This document shows positions 56,712 through 64,000 of a stretch of 64,000 nucleotides of DNA, in pieces. The translations under genes were made by a program, and so were the position numbers. The stretch is from contig JAEYPS010000025.1 of NCBI GenBank assembly GCA_023410475.1, forward strand, positions 47,946-111,945, in the 5' to 3' direction. The notes beneath the pieces were generated by a model. It was not told the DNA's origin. It was given only the letters and a program-made list of their open reading frames with translations, and did not search any database. Each line of letters begins with the position of its first letter. Position 1 is the first letter of the stretch. The DNA is from Bacillota bacterium. GTDB lineage: Bacteria; Bacillota; Clostridia; Christensenellales; SZUA-584.

Positions 56712-56857
56712 AGGCGGCATGCCTATAGTTCAAATATATACGCATGTAGGCTAAAAGGCCTATTTTAAAGTATATTTACGGCTTCAACTAAGTTAAATTG
56801 ATTATAAAGCCTTCACTCATACATGCTTTTATTCCAAAGTGTAGTATACATGTAGTA
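56712..56857. repeat. Copy B of the diverged direct repeat (partner at 48492-48637)
   Basis: See copy A. On the minus strand it encodes ...DGHYSISIINTTCILHFGIKACMSEGFIINLT, a tail weakly reminiscent of the tyrosine-recombinase C-terminal GHxxxxTTxxYxH segment. Confidence 0.7.
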
Positions 56858-57012
56858 TTTATTATTGAGATGGAATAATGTCCGTCTATATAAGAGTTAT
56901 GCTTACTTTTCCGTGAGCAAAAATCTGTACAGAAATATTCTGCACAGACTTATTTTAAACTTGATTTCATGTAAATTATTGGGGTTATATATCTATTGGA
57001 AGGCAATCCGTA

Positions 57013-57318
57013 TTATTCTCGAATGATTTCGTACATAGTAATCTCCTCGGCTTGTGCTCTGATGACGTTCATAGCACCTACCCAAGCCAATTGGTTATGT
57101 ACTTTCAATTCTTCAGTGACTCTCTGTTTCTTTGCAATCTGCTGGTTCAATTCGCATATACGCTCTTTCGCACGGTCGTTGATCTCGATAAGATATTCTT
57201 CCAGACTGCCCGAGAAAAGAAGCTGCGTATAAAGCTCCTGTCGCTCTTGTTTGATGAAATCAAGACGCATCCTGCCGTACTTGCCGATTTTTGATGTTAA
57301 GCCTTTTGTTCTATTCAT
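57013..57318 (-). CDS. tnpV: TnpV-family transposon protein
   Basis: 101 aa. GKYGRMRLDFIKQERQELYTQLLFSGSLEEYLIEINDRAKER ... VTEELKVHNQLAWVGAMNVIRAQAEEI matches the TnpV pattern. GGAGG lies upstream. Confidence 0.8.
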   Translation of the reverse strand: MNRTKGLTSKIGKYGRMRLDFIKQERQELYTQLLFSGSLEEYLIEINDRAKERICELNQQIAKKQRVTEELKVHNQLAWVGAMNVIRAQAEEITMYEIIRE

Positions 57319-57363
57319 TTCAACGCCTCCTATGTTTATTCAATAAAAGTGCTGAAATAAACA

Positions 57364-57407
57364 ACAAATCCGAACGCCTCTCCTAGCAGAGTGGGGTTCG
57401 GATTTGT
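57364..57407. terminator. 12-bp-stem hairpin immediately 3' of tRNA-Glu
   Basis: ACAAATCCGAAC 57364-57375 / GTTCGGATTTGT 57396-57407 with a 20-nt loop. Confidence 0.5.
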
Positions 57408-57413
57408 ATCTTT

Positions 57414-57488
57414 TGGTACCTCCTAGGGGACTCGAACCCCTGATACTGCCGTGAGAGGGCGGCGTCCTAACCACTAGACTAAGGAGGC
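57414..57488 (-). tRNA. tRNA-Glu (CTC)
   Basis: The reverse complement GCCTCCTTAGTCTAGTGGTTAGGACGCCGCCCTCTCACGGCAGTATCAGGGGTTCGAGTCCCCTAGGAGGTACCA folds by hand into a 75-nt cloverleaf. The anticodon loop is CTCTCAC. There is one C/A mismatch in the anticodon stem. CCA is encoded. Confidence 0.8.
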
Positions 57489-57582
57489 TTATCAGCGAAG
57501 TATATTCTAACAGAAACATGGTGATATATCAACCCCTATTTTCATCATTAATAATTGGAAAGTATGATACTGCATTATATTA

Positions 57583-57618
57583 AAAACAGCCGGTATGATG
57601 GTCTTTGTGTCATACCGG
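57583..57618 (-). terminator. Terminator of the polytopic membrane protein gene
   Basis: On the minus strand, CCGGTATGA-N11-TCATACCGG is followed by CTGTTTTT. Confidence 0.7.
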
Positions 57619-57698
57619 CGTCATTAGGGAGAAGACTCTTCTTTATATCTCAAAAGACTATTTAACTTTAAATAACTCTATTAACCAAATTTATGAGC

Positions 57699-59243
57699 TC
57701 ATTTGCTATAGTTATCATTCAGCAATTCCTTAAGTCTTAAATATGCGTTACGGTCAGCAAGATTTATCGATTGCCAATCATAGCGATGCACCGGTATATA
57801 GTATACATACTTTTGTGCCGCTGCGCTCCTTGCTCTGGCGTCAAACAGTTCGGGATTGTCTTCGAAGAAATCACACGCCTCTAAAACAGCGCCTCCCGAG
57901 AGCGAAAGCATGTACTCAGCGTCTATCTTGCCTGTCTGCTCATACCTTTGTATATTGCTGCGGGCTACATAAGCTTCAGGATTCACAGCCACTAGGCCGC
58001 AGAAATAAACAAGCGCTGCCACAGCGAAAAGTTTTATAGCCTTTGTTTTATCAATGAACACACGCGCAAGCATGATGACGTTAAGTATTACGAGCAAAAG
58101 CATGAACGAGTGGGATATAAACCTAGCTACCGTATATCCGAACGAGAGTTCGTAGTACGCAAGCCGCATATGCGACGACGCCATTATCACAAAATTGAAC
58201 GCTATAAGCACGGCGCACAGCGCTTTAAGATATGGCTGCGCTCTTCCTTCCTTTTGTTTCGTGAACCGCAGCGACAGCCCAACGATCACAAAATTGAGGC
58301 ACGTTATGAACAACAGCTCACCAAAGCCGCGCACGGCGTAAGCAGAGCTCGTAAGCCCTAGTATATCGGCCATCGTTTCGCGGGGCTGAAAAAAGTAGCC
58401 GAACTGCACCGCGCCGTACAAGATATATACCAGGCTCACCATAGATAGAGCAACGCCGACCGTTACACCTTGCACCGGCCGCAGATGTGAATAATCCCTC
58501 GCGGTCCTATTTCCTGTGTATTCGCTCCTTTTGGCTGTTGCGATGGGCGCGGCGGCAGCCGACGCGCCGACAAAAAACAAGAATATATACAGTAAGATGT
58601 CGCCGATATTTATGTCGGCAAGCAGTATGCTTACCGCGGCGGACAGCGCCGGGTCGGCCATAAGCAGCAGAGGAACAATGAGTATAAGCAGTACTGCGCC
58701 GATAAGCAGGCCTATAACTGCTCCCTTCTTTTTTTCGGACTGCTGATTGAATATGCTGTTTACCGAGCCTGCCGAAAAGTGCCCGAGCCCAAGGAACAGC
58801 CTGTTTAAACCGCCTATTATTATATCAGTCACAAACATCGGCTTATACCATCTGTACAGCGCGTTGTCCGACAGCACCATGTACTGTACGAACATCACGA
58901 ACAGTATTACGAGTATGCTTAGCCCGTTAAGAAACGTACTGCCCGTAAACATGCATACCGCGAGAAATATCGCCGGCAGCGTTAACAGCGTAATAAGCTT
59001 TTCTTCGCGGAAGGTCCGTTTCATAAACAGCTCTTTGTTGAAGAGCGCGAACGCGTACAGCAGCAGCACAAATATCAACACGTTAAGGCCGGCAAGCTGA
59101 TTTGCAAACAGATACGAAAACAGCGCACCGAATACCGCCGCGCTTATCAGCAGCTTTGCAGGCGTCTGCGCCTTTTCCTTCTTTTCTTTGCATCCTGACT
59201 CAAGCACGCCCGGAAAGTTCTCGGCCTGATAAACGTCATTCAT
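57699..59243 (-). CDS. Large polytopic membrane protein (DUF4153/DUF4173-like)
   Basis: 514 aa with about 12 hydrophobic segments and a soluble C-terminal tail (VARSNIQRYEQTGKIDAEYMLSLSGGAV). The family name is from memory and has low certainty. Confidence 0.7.
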   Translation of the reverse strand: MNDVYQAENFPGVLESGCKEKKEKAQTPAKLLISAAVFGALFSYLFANQLAGLNVLIFVLLLYAFALFNKELFMKRTFREEKLITLLTLPAIFLAVCMFTGSTFLNGLSILVILFVMFVQYMVLSDNALYRWYKPMFVTDIIIGGLNRLFLGLGHFSAGSVNSIFNQQSEKKKGAVIGLLIGAVLLILIVPLLLMADPALSAAVSILLADINIGDILLYIFLFFVGASAAAAPIATAKRSEYTGNRTARDYSHLRPVQGVTVGVALSMVSLVYILYGAVQFGYFFQPRETMADILGLTSSAYAVRGFGELLFITCLNFVIVGLSLRFTKQKEGRAQPYLKALCAVLIAFNFVIMASSHMRLAYYELSFGYTVARFISHSFMLLLVILNVIMLARVFIDKTKAIKLFAVAALVYFCGLVAVNPEAYVARSNIQRYEQTGKIDAEYMLSLSGGAVLEACDFFEDNPELFDARARSAAAQKYVYYIPVHRYDWQSINLADRNAYLRLKELLNDNYSK

Positions 59244-59376
59244 GCTTTTTATCCTCTTTATCAGTTTTGGTAAGGAGCTTTTTCGCAGCTGGCATGTTTT
59301 CTTTCTTTTCTTTTTGCTTTTTGTCGTCTGGGCTTTTTTCCAGAAAATATTGGTAAAGGTAACTGTTATCGGTCAT
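59236..59376 (-). CDS. Candidate 46-aa Lys-rich small protein translationally coupled to the downstream membrane protein gene
   Basis: The ATG at 59376 has GGAGG 8 nt upstream. The product is MTDNSYLYQYFLEKSPDDKKQKEKKENMPAAKKLLTKTDKEDKKHE. Its stop overlaps the start of gene 57699..59243 (ATGAATGA). It is absent from the ORF track because it is under 60 aa. Confidence 0.4.
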   Translation of the reverse strand: MTDNSYLYQYFLEKSPDDKKQKEKKENMPAAKKLLTKTDKEDKKHE

Positions 59377-59559
59377 AAACTATACCTCCATGATTTGCCT
59401 TACAGCAAGAATAATAAACCGTGTTATATGCTTTTGTCAATTATTATTTTCTGTTTATCAATAATTTATTCGTGATTATCATAAAATGTGAATGTTAATG
59501 GATTCCATATTAAAACACACAGAAAAAGAGCCTGCTTTAGCAGACTCTTTTAGCACAGC

Positions 59560-61587
59560 TTATTCTTTTCGCTTTGGTTTTTGAGTATAATCGTTCATTA
59601 CCTCTTTTAGTATCTCCACCGTCTCTCTGGAATCGTTAAGCTCCTGACGGAGTCTGTTGACCTCCGCCTCTAGCGCCATAACCTTTACGGATTCCATATC
59701 GCCGGACACCCTTCTTGCGGCCTTGGCGGCGGGTTCCTTCTTTTTGCTTTCCGGTTTGCTTCCCGCGTGCTCAGACACTGGCTCCACCTCGCTTCTTACA
59801 TATTCGTCGTCCACATGCTCGTTGAATCTGCCGCGCTTCGTATAGTGTGTATGCAGCAGCTTATGGGATATGTGGCTGTTTGGATATTCAAGGTAATCCT
59901 CATAAAGCTTCTTTACGGACGGGTTTTCATGAGACTTGCGCAGAACTTTGGACTCGTCCTCGTCATAGATACCCTTAAGCCTCTTTTCACGAACGTCAGG
60001 GTCTTTCGACCTCGGCTGTCCGCCTCCCATTATGCATCCGTTCGGGCATCCCATGACCTCTATGAAGTGGTACGGGGACTCTCCTTTTCTGATCTGCTCC
60101 ATCAGCATCTTCGCGCCGGAGAGCCCGCTCGTTACGGCGACCTTGACGGTCACGCCGTCGAGGAACGCGTAGTCGGGCAGAGGATTCTCGATCAAAATGT
60201 CGGCAGCCTTTATCTGCTCGAACCCTACGATAGGCGTTACATGCAGTCCGTCAAACGGCAGCTCACGCCCTGTTACGAGCTCGTAGACTGTGCGCAGCGC
60301 GGCTTCCATAACGCCGCCTGTAACCCCAAATATATCGGCCGCTCCCGTCGACATTCCGAGAGGATTGTCAAACTCTCCGTCGGGAAGCGCTGCGAAGTCT
60401 ATGCCTGCCTCCCTTATCATCTGCCCGAGCTCTCTTGTGGTCAGTACAGCGTCTACGTTCGCGCAGCCGTTGTTCTTCATCTCGTTGCGGCTTATCTCAA
60501 ACTTCTTCGCTGTACACGGCATGACCGAAACCACGAACATGTCTTTGGGGTCAACGCTTATCTGCTCGGCATAGAACGACTTGGCGAGCGCACCCAGCAT
60601 TGTGTGCGGGGATTTGCAGGTTGAAAGGTGCGCGAGCTCCTCAGGATACATATGCTCTACATACTTTATCCAGCCCGGGCTGCACGATGTTATAAGCGGC
60701 AGCGTAGCCTCTCCTCCCGTAAGCGCGCTCTTGACGCGCGACAGGAATTCCGTCCCTTCCTCGAGTATGGTCAGATCAGCGGTAAAATCTGTGTCGAACA
60801 CGTCGTCGAAACCGAGCGTCCGGAGCGCCTGAGCGAGCTTTCCTGTTACCCTTGCACCCGGTTCAAACCCAAATTCTTCGCCTATGGCGACTCTAATCGC
60901 GGGCGCTACCTGTACGACGCATCTCTTGCTCTTGTCGCCGAGCGCCTGCCAGACCTTGTTCGTCGCGTCCGTTTCTTTCAGAGCGCCCACCGGACACACG
61001 ACGGTGCACTGTCCGCAAAACGCGCAGTTTACCGATCCTAACTGAAGGTCCATCGCGGGGCCTATCACCGTATCAAACCCTCTTTGCTGGGCGTTTAGTA
61101 TACCTATGCCCTGCACGTCGTTGCATACTGTCACGCAGCGGCGGCACAGCACGCACTTAGACATGTTTCTTGTTATCGAGACCGACGATTCCGTGTTGAA
61201 TTCGGAATGTTCGCCGTCAAAACGCGTCTCGGTCACGCCAAGCACCTTGCCCAACTCCTGCAGCTCGCAGCTCTGGTTGCGCGAGCAGCTCAGGCAATCC
61301 TTGTCGTGGTCGGACAGCAGCAACTCGTATAAAACTTTACGCGCGCTGCGAACCCTGTCTGTGTTCGTATGGATGGCCATGCCTTCCGTCACCTTAACGA
61401 CACAGGACGCCTGAAGGGTTTTCGCTCCCTCGACTTCAACTACGCACAACCTGCACGAGCCGAACTGATGCATCTTGTTGAACGTGCAGAGCCCCGGAAT
61501 ATTTATACCAACAGACTTTGCCGCTTCCATTATCGTGCTTTCCTTAGGAACGGTCACGCTTTTTCCGTTAATCGTTATATTTACCAT
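59560..61587 (-). CDS. hydA: [FeFe]-hydrogenase catalytic subunit (M3-type N-terminal clusters plus H-domain) with a C-terminal extension
   Basis: It has an N-terminal 2Fe-2S ferredoxin-like segment (CTF...CRLCVVEV) and the His-ligated cluster segment HDKDCLSCSRNQSCELQ. Two ferredoxin-type motifs follow (CVLCRRCVTVC and CAFCGQCTVVCP). H-cluster motifs are TSCSPGW (variant of TSCCPxW), MPCTAKKFE and EVMGCPNGCIMGGGQP. Confidence 0.9.
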   Translation of the reverse strand: MVNITINGKSVTVPKESTIMEAAKSVGINIPGLCTFNKMHQFGSCRLCVVEVEGAKTLQASCVVKVTEGMAIHTNTDRVRSARKVLYELLLSDHDKDCLSCSRNQSCELQELGKVLGVTETRFDGEHSEFNTESSVSITRNMSKCVLCRRCVTVCNDVQGIGILNAQQRGFDTVIGPAMDLQLGSVNCAFCGQCTVVCPVGALKETDATNKVWQALGDKSKRCVVQVAPAIRVAIGEEFGFEPGARVTGKLAQALRTLGFDDVFDTDFTADLTILEEGTEFLSRVKSALTGGEATLPLITSCSPGWIKYVEHMYPEELAHLSTCKSPHTMLGALAKSFYAEQISVDPKDMFVVSVMPCTAKKFEISRNEMKNNGCANVDAVLTTRELGQMIREAGIDFAALPDGEFDNPLGMSTGAADIFGVTGGVMEAALRTVYELVTGRELPFDGLHVTPIVGFEQIKAADILIENPLPDYAFLDGVTVKVAVTSGLSGAKMLMEQIRKGESPYHFIEVMGCPNGCIMGGGQPRSKDPDVREKRLKGIYDEDESKVLRKSHENPSVKKLYEDYLEYPNSHISHKLLHTHYTKRGRFNEHVDDEYVRSEVEPVSEHAGSKPESKKKEPAAKAARRVSGDMESVKVMALEAEVNRLRQELNDSRETVEILKEVMNDYTQKPKRKE

Positions 61588-61592
61588 TCAAG

Positions 61593-64000
61593 CTACCTCC
61601 TTTCGCAATGCAGACAGCGCATAGCTTCGGCCACCGCATTAAGCTTATGATAACCTTGGACAACTTCGTCGAACGTATTCTTGCGCGTCTCGGGGTCGAG
61701 CATCTCGAGCGGGAATCTCTCGTGCGCCACTATCTCGTCCTCGTCGGTAATTTTCGGTATGTCTATCGGCTCTCCCTTGTTGAGCTTGCCTTTGCCGCCA
61801 AGGTATTTGTCGATAGATATGGCGGCGTTCTTTCCGTCCGCTATCGCGCGTATTACCTCGTCGGGGCCGCGAGTAACGTCTCCGCCCGCGAACACGCCTT
61901 CCATCGTAGTCATCTGCGTATCGCCCTGAAGCACGAATGTCCCCCACGGCGTTAAACCTATCTCGTCCTTTCCTATGAACGGGAAGTCCGCGTACTGGCT
62001 GACCGCAGGTATTACCATGTCTGACTGCAGCATGAAGTTCGAGCCTTCAACAAACACGGACTTTCTTCTGCCCGATGCGTCGAATTCTCCGAGCTCCATC
62101 CTTACGCATTCAATCTTGCCTACCCTGCCGTCTTTGCCCGCTATGAAGCGCAAAGGCGCCGCAAGCTCGATTATCTCTATGCCTTCCTCTACAGCCTCAC
62201 ATACCTCCATCTCGTAGGCAGGCATCATATCTCTCGTTCTCCTGTAGAGTATAGTCACTTTCTTAGCGCCAAGCCTGAGCGCAGTCCTCGCGGAGTCTAT
62301 CGCCGTGTTGCCGCCGCCGATGACGACTACGTTATCTCCCATCTCTATCGGCTGATGCGTGTTGGCCAACTTTAAGAATTTAATGCCGTGTACAACGCCC
62401 GGCAGGCTTTCTCCCGGTATGTTGACCTTCTGAGGGAGCTGAGTGCCTGTCGCGACGTATATGGAATCATACCTCGCCTTAAGCTCACTGAACAGTATAT
62501 CCTTGCCGACTCCGGTGCCAAGATGTATCTTAACGCCCTCCTGCTCAATAAGCTTTACTTCGTGGTCAAGCACATCCTTTGGCAGACGGTATTCGGGTAT
62601 GCCGTACGCAAGCACGCCTCCCGCAGTATCGTGCTCTTCGAACACGTCTACGTCGTAGCCTATGCGGGCGAGGTAGTAAGCGCACGTAAGACCCGATGCT
62701 CCCGCTCCGATTATAGCGACGCTCTTTCCGTTCTTCGGGAACACTATGTCTCTCGTATATCCCTTTTGATTCTGCATAGCGTAGTCGGCGACAAAGCGCT
62801 TAAGGTCGCATATCGCTATAGATTCATCAACCGTTCTCCTGCGGCATTTGCTTTCGCAGGGCCTCGTGCATATCCTTCCGCATACCGCCGGAAACGGGTT
62901 TTCCTGGCGTATAAGGTGGTAAGCGTCAACGAACCTGCCGGCCGCCACAAGCGACATATATCCCGGGACGTTGACGTTTGCGGGGCATGTGTTTTCGCAG
63001 GGGGATATGAACAGCTCGGAGCATACTCCCGCGCGGCAGTATTTGTTTCTTATATGCTCGTCGTATTCCTCGCGGAAATACTGTATCGTGCTCAGCACCG
63101 GATTCGGAGCCGTCTGTCCGAGCCCGCACATCGCGGTATCCTGTATGGTTTTGCCAAGCTCAATAAGCAGCTCGACGTCGCCCTCTTCGCCTTCTCCGCG
63201 CGTTATGCGCTCGAGTATCTCGAGCATGCGCTTTGTGCCTATACGGCAGGCCGCGCACTTTCCGCACGACTCGTCACGGATAAAGTCCATGAAGTATCTC
63301 GCGGTGTCGACCATGCACGTATCCTCGTTCATAACGATGAGTCCGCCGCTGCCCATAATAGCGCCTACGTTCTTAAGCGTCTCGTAATCGGTAGGCACGT
63401 TAAGATTCTCGGTGGTGACGCAGCCGCCCGAAGGGCCGCCAATCTGCGCCGACTTGAATTTCTTTTTGTCGGGCGTTCCGCCGCCGATCTCGAATATTAT
63501 GTCCCCCAGCGGAAGGCCTATGGGCACCTCTACGATACCAGTATTCACCACGTCTCCGGCAAGAGCGAACACCTTCGTTCCCTTGCTGTCCTTCGTACCG
63601 AACTGTGTGTACCACTCTCCGCCCTTTAAGATTATCTCAGGAATGCTGGCGTATGTTTCCACGTTGTTTATGATAGTCGGCTTGCCGAACAGCCCTCTTT
63701 GGAACGGGAACGGGGGCTTTTGCTTTGGCTCTCCCCTCTCCCCCTCGATAGAGGCCATCAGCGCAGTCTCTTCGCCGCACACGAACGCTCCCGCGCCTAT
63801 CCTTATCTCGATATCGAACGAGAACTTACTGCCGAATATGTTGCTGCCGAGCAGCCCGCGCTGTTTAGCTTCTTCGAGCGCGGCCTTCATCCTCTCTACC
63901 GCTATCGGGTATTCCGCGCGGATATAGATATAGCCCTGGTCTGCGCCTATGGCGTAGCCGCCTAATATAAGGCCTTCGATAATAGTATGCGGGTCGCCTT
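61593..64000 (-). CDS. NuoF-like (FMN/NADH, 4Fe-4S) domain fused to a GltD/NfnB-like NADPH:FAD oxidoreductase domain; 5' end outside the window
   Basis: The frame is open to the window edge ([44 protein letters not shown]...). The NuoF motifs [13 protein letters not shown] and [12 protein letters not shown] are present. They are followed by [42 protein letters not shown] and [14 protein letters not shown], which are typical of glutamate synthase small-chain-like proteins. Confidence 0.85.
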   Translation of the reverse strand, partial: GDPHTIIEGLILGGYAIGADQGYIYIRAEYPIAVERMKAALEEAKQRGLLGSNIFGSKFSFDIEIRIGAGAFVCGEETALMASIEGERGEPKQKPPFPFQRGLFGKPTIINNVETYASIPEIILKGGEWYTQFGTKDSKGTKVFALAGDVVNTGIVEVPIGLPLGDIIFEIGGGTPDKKKFKSAQIGGPSGGCVTTENLNVPTDYETLKNVGAIMGSGGLIVMNEDTCMVDTARYFMDFIRDESCGKCAACRIGTKRMLEILERITRGEGEEGDVELLIELGKTIQDTAMCGLGQTAPNPVLSTIQYFREEYDEHIRNKYCRAGVCSELFISPCENTCPANVNVPGYMSLVAAGRFVDAYHLIRQENPFPAVCGRICTRPCESKCRRRTVDESIAICDLKRFVADYAMQNQKGYTRDIVFPKNGKSVAIIGAGASGLTCAYYLARIGYDVDVFEEHDTAGGVLAYGIPEYRLPKDVLDHEVKLIEQEGVKIHLGTGVGKDILFSELKARYDSIYVATGTQLPQKVNIPGESLPGVVHGIKFLKLANTHQPIEMGDNVVVIGGGNTAIDSARTALRLGAKKVTILYRRTRDMMPAYEMEVCEAVEEGIEIIELAAPLRFIAGKDGRVGKIECVRMELGEFDASGRRKSVFVEGSNFMLQSDMVIPAVSQYADFPFIGKDEIGLTPWGTFVLQGDTQMTTMEGVFAGGDVTRGPDEVIRAIADGKNAAISIDKYLGGKGKLNKGEPIDIPKITDEDEIVAHERFPLEMLDPETRKNTFDEVVQGYHKLNAVAEAMRCLHCERR

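Larger units (their letters stand above)
42260..57360. mobile_element. Mosaic integrated mobilizable element (Tn4451-like backbone plus nested cargo); boundaries approximate
   Basis: The backbone has a large serine recombinase at the left end and TnpV at the right end. Between them are XRE, a sigma-like HTH, ParM/ParR-like genes, oriT-like hairpins and a MobV relaxase. The backbone is AT-rich relative to the flanking genes, and recombinase and ATPase gene remnants are present. Housekeeping-type genes (NSS transporter, tRNA-Glu) flank the element. Confidence 0.7.

Overview
This window is a 64-kb chromosomal segment from a Gram-positive anaerobe, apparently Clostridia-like. The taxon guess rests on AGGAGG Shine-Dalgarno sites, lipobox lipoproteins, a class B sortase and an [FeFe]-hydrogenase.

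Gene order, left to right:
- rplJ-rplL, with a convergent ECF sigma / anti-sigma pair.
- zupT-ogt.
- A compact type IV pilus-like operon led by a PilT-family ATPase (3993-7744).
- Surface and cell-wall genes: a transglutaminase-like lipoprotein, sortase B and an SH3b-EEP lipoprotein.
- A zinc-ribbon repeat protein.
- An AT-rich spacer carrying tRNA-fMet and tRNA-Met.
- A thioesterase, a leaderless SH3b-NlpC/P60 hydrolase, an orphan membrane-anchored solute-binding protein and a beta-CASP hydrolase.
- An ArsR regulator with a Cys-rich permease.
- A MacAB-type efflux trio.
- argC-argB-argD-carB-argF-GNAT, with no argJ and no carA.
- A CoA-transferase, a DEAD-box helicase, an OFA-type MFS transporter, thyA-folA, an ATC-hydrolase-family protein and an NSS transporter.

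From about 42.3 to 57.4 kb lies a mosaic integrated mobilizable element. Its backbone has a large serine recombinase, an XRE regulator, a sigma-like HTH protein, ParM plus a ParR-like protein, oriT-like hairpins, a disrupted MobV relaxase and TnpV. Inside it sits a GC-richer cargo operon of unknown function. That operon encodes a small HTH protein, a polytopic LuxR regulator, a 2-TM protein, a 681-aa lipoprotein, a signal-anchored protein and zinc-ribbon membrane proteins. The cargo is bracketed by diverged direct repeats and recombinase or ATPase gene remnants.

The window ends with tRNA-Glu(CTC), a large polytopic membrane protein, an [FeFe]-hydrogenase HydA with a variant TSCSP motif, and a NuoF::GltD-like fusion gene that runs off the right edge.

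I saw no CRISPR array, rRNA or complete prophage. All calls come from reading the ORF translations and the DNA by eye, with no database search.
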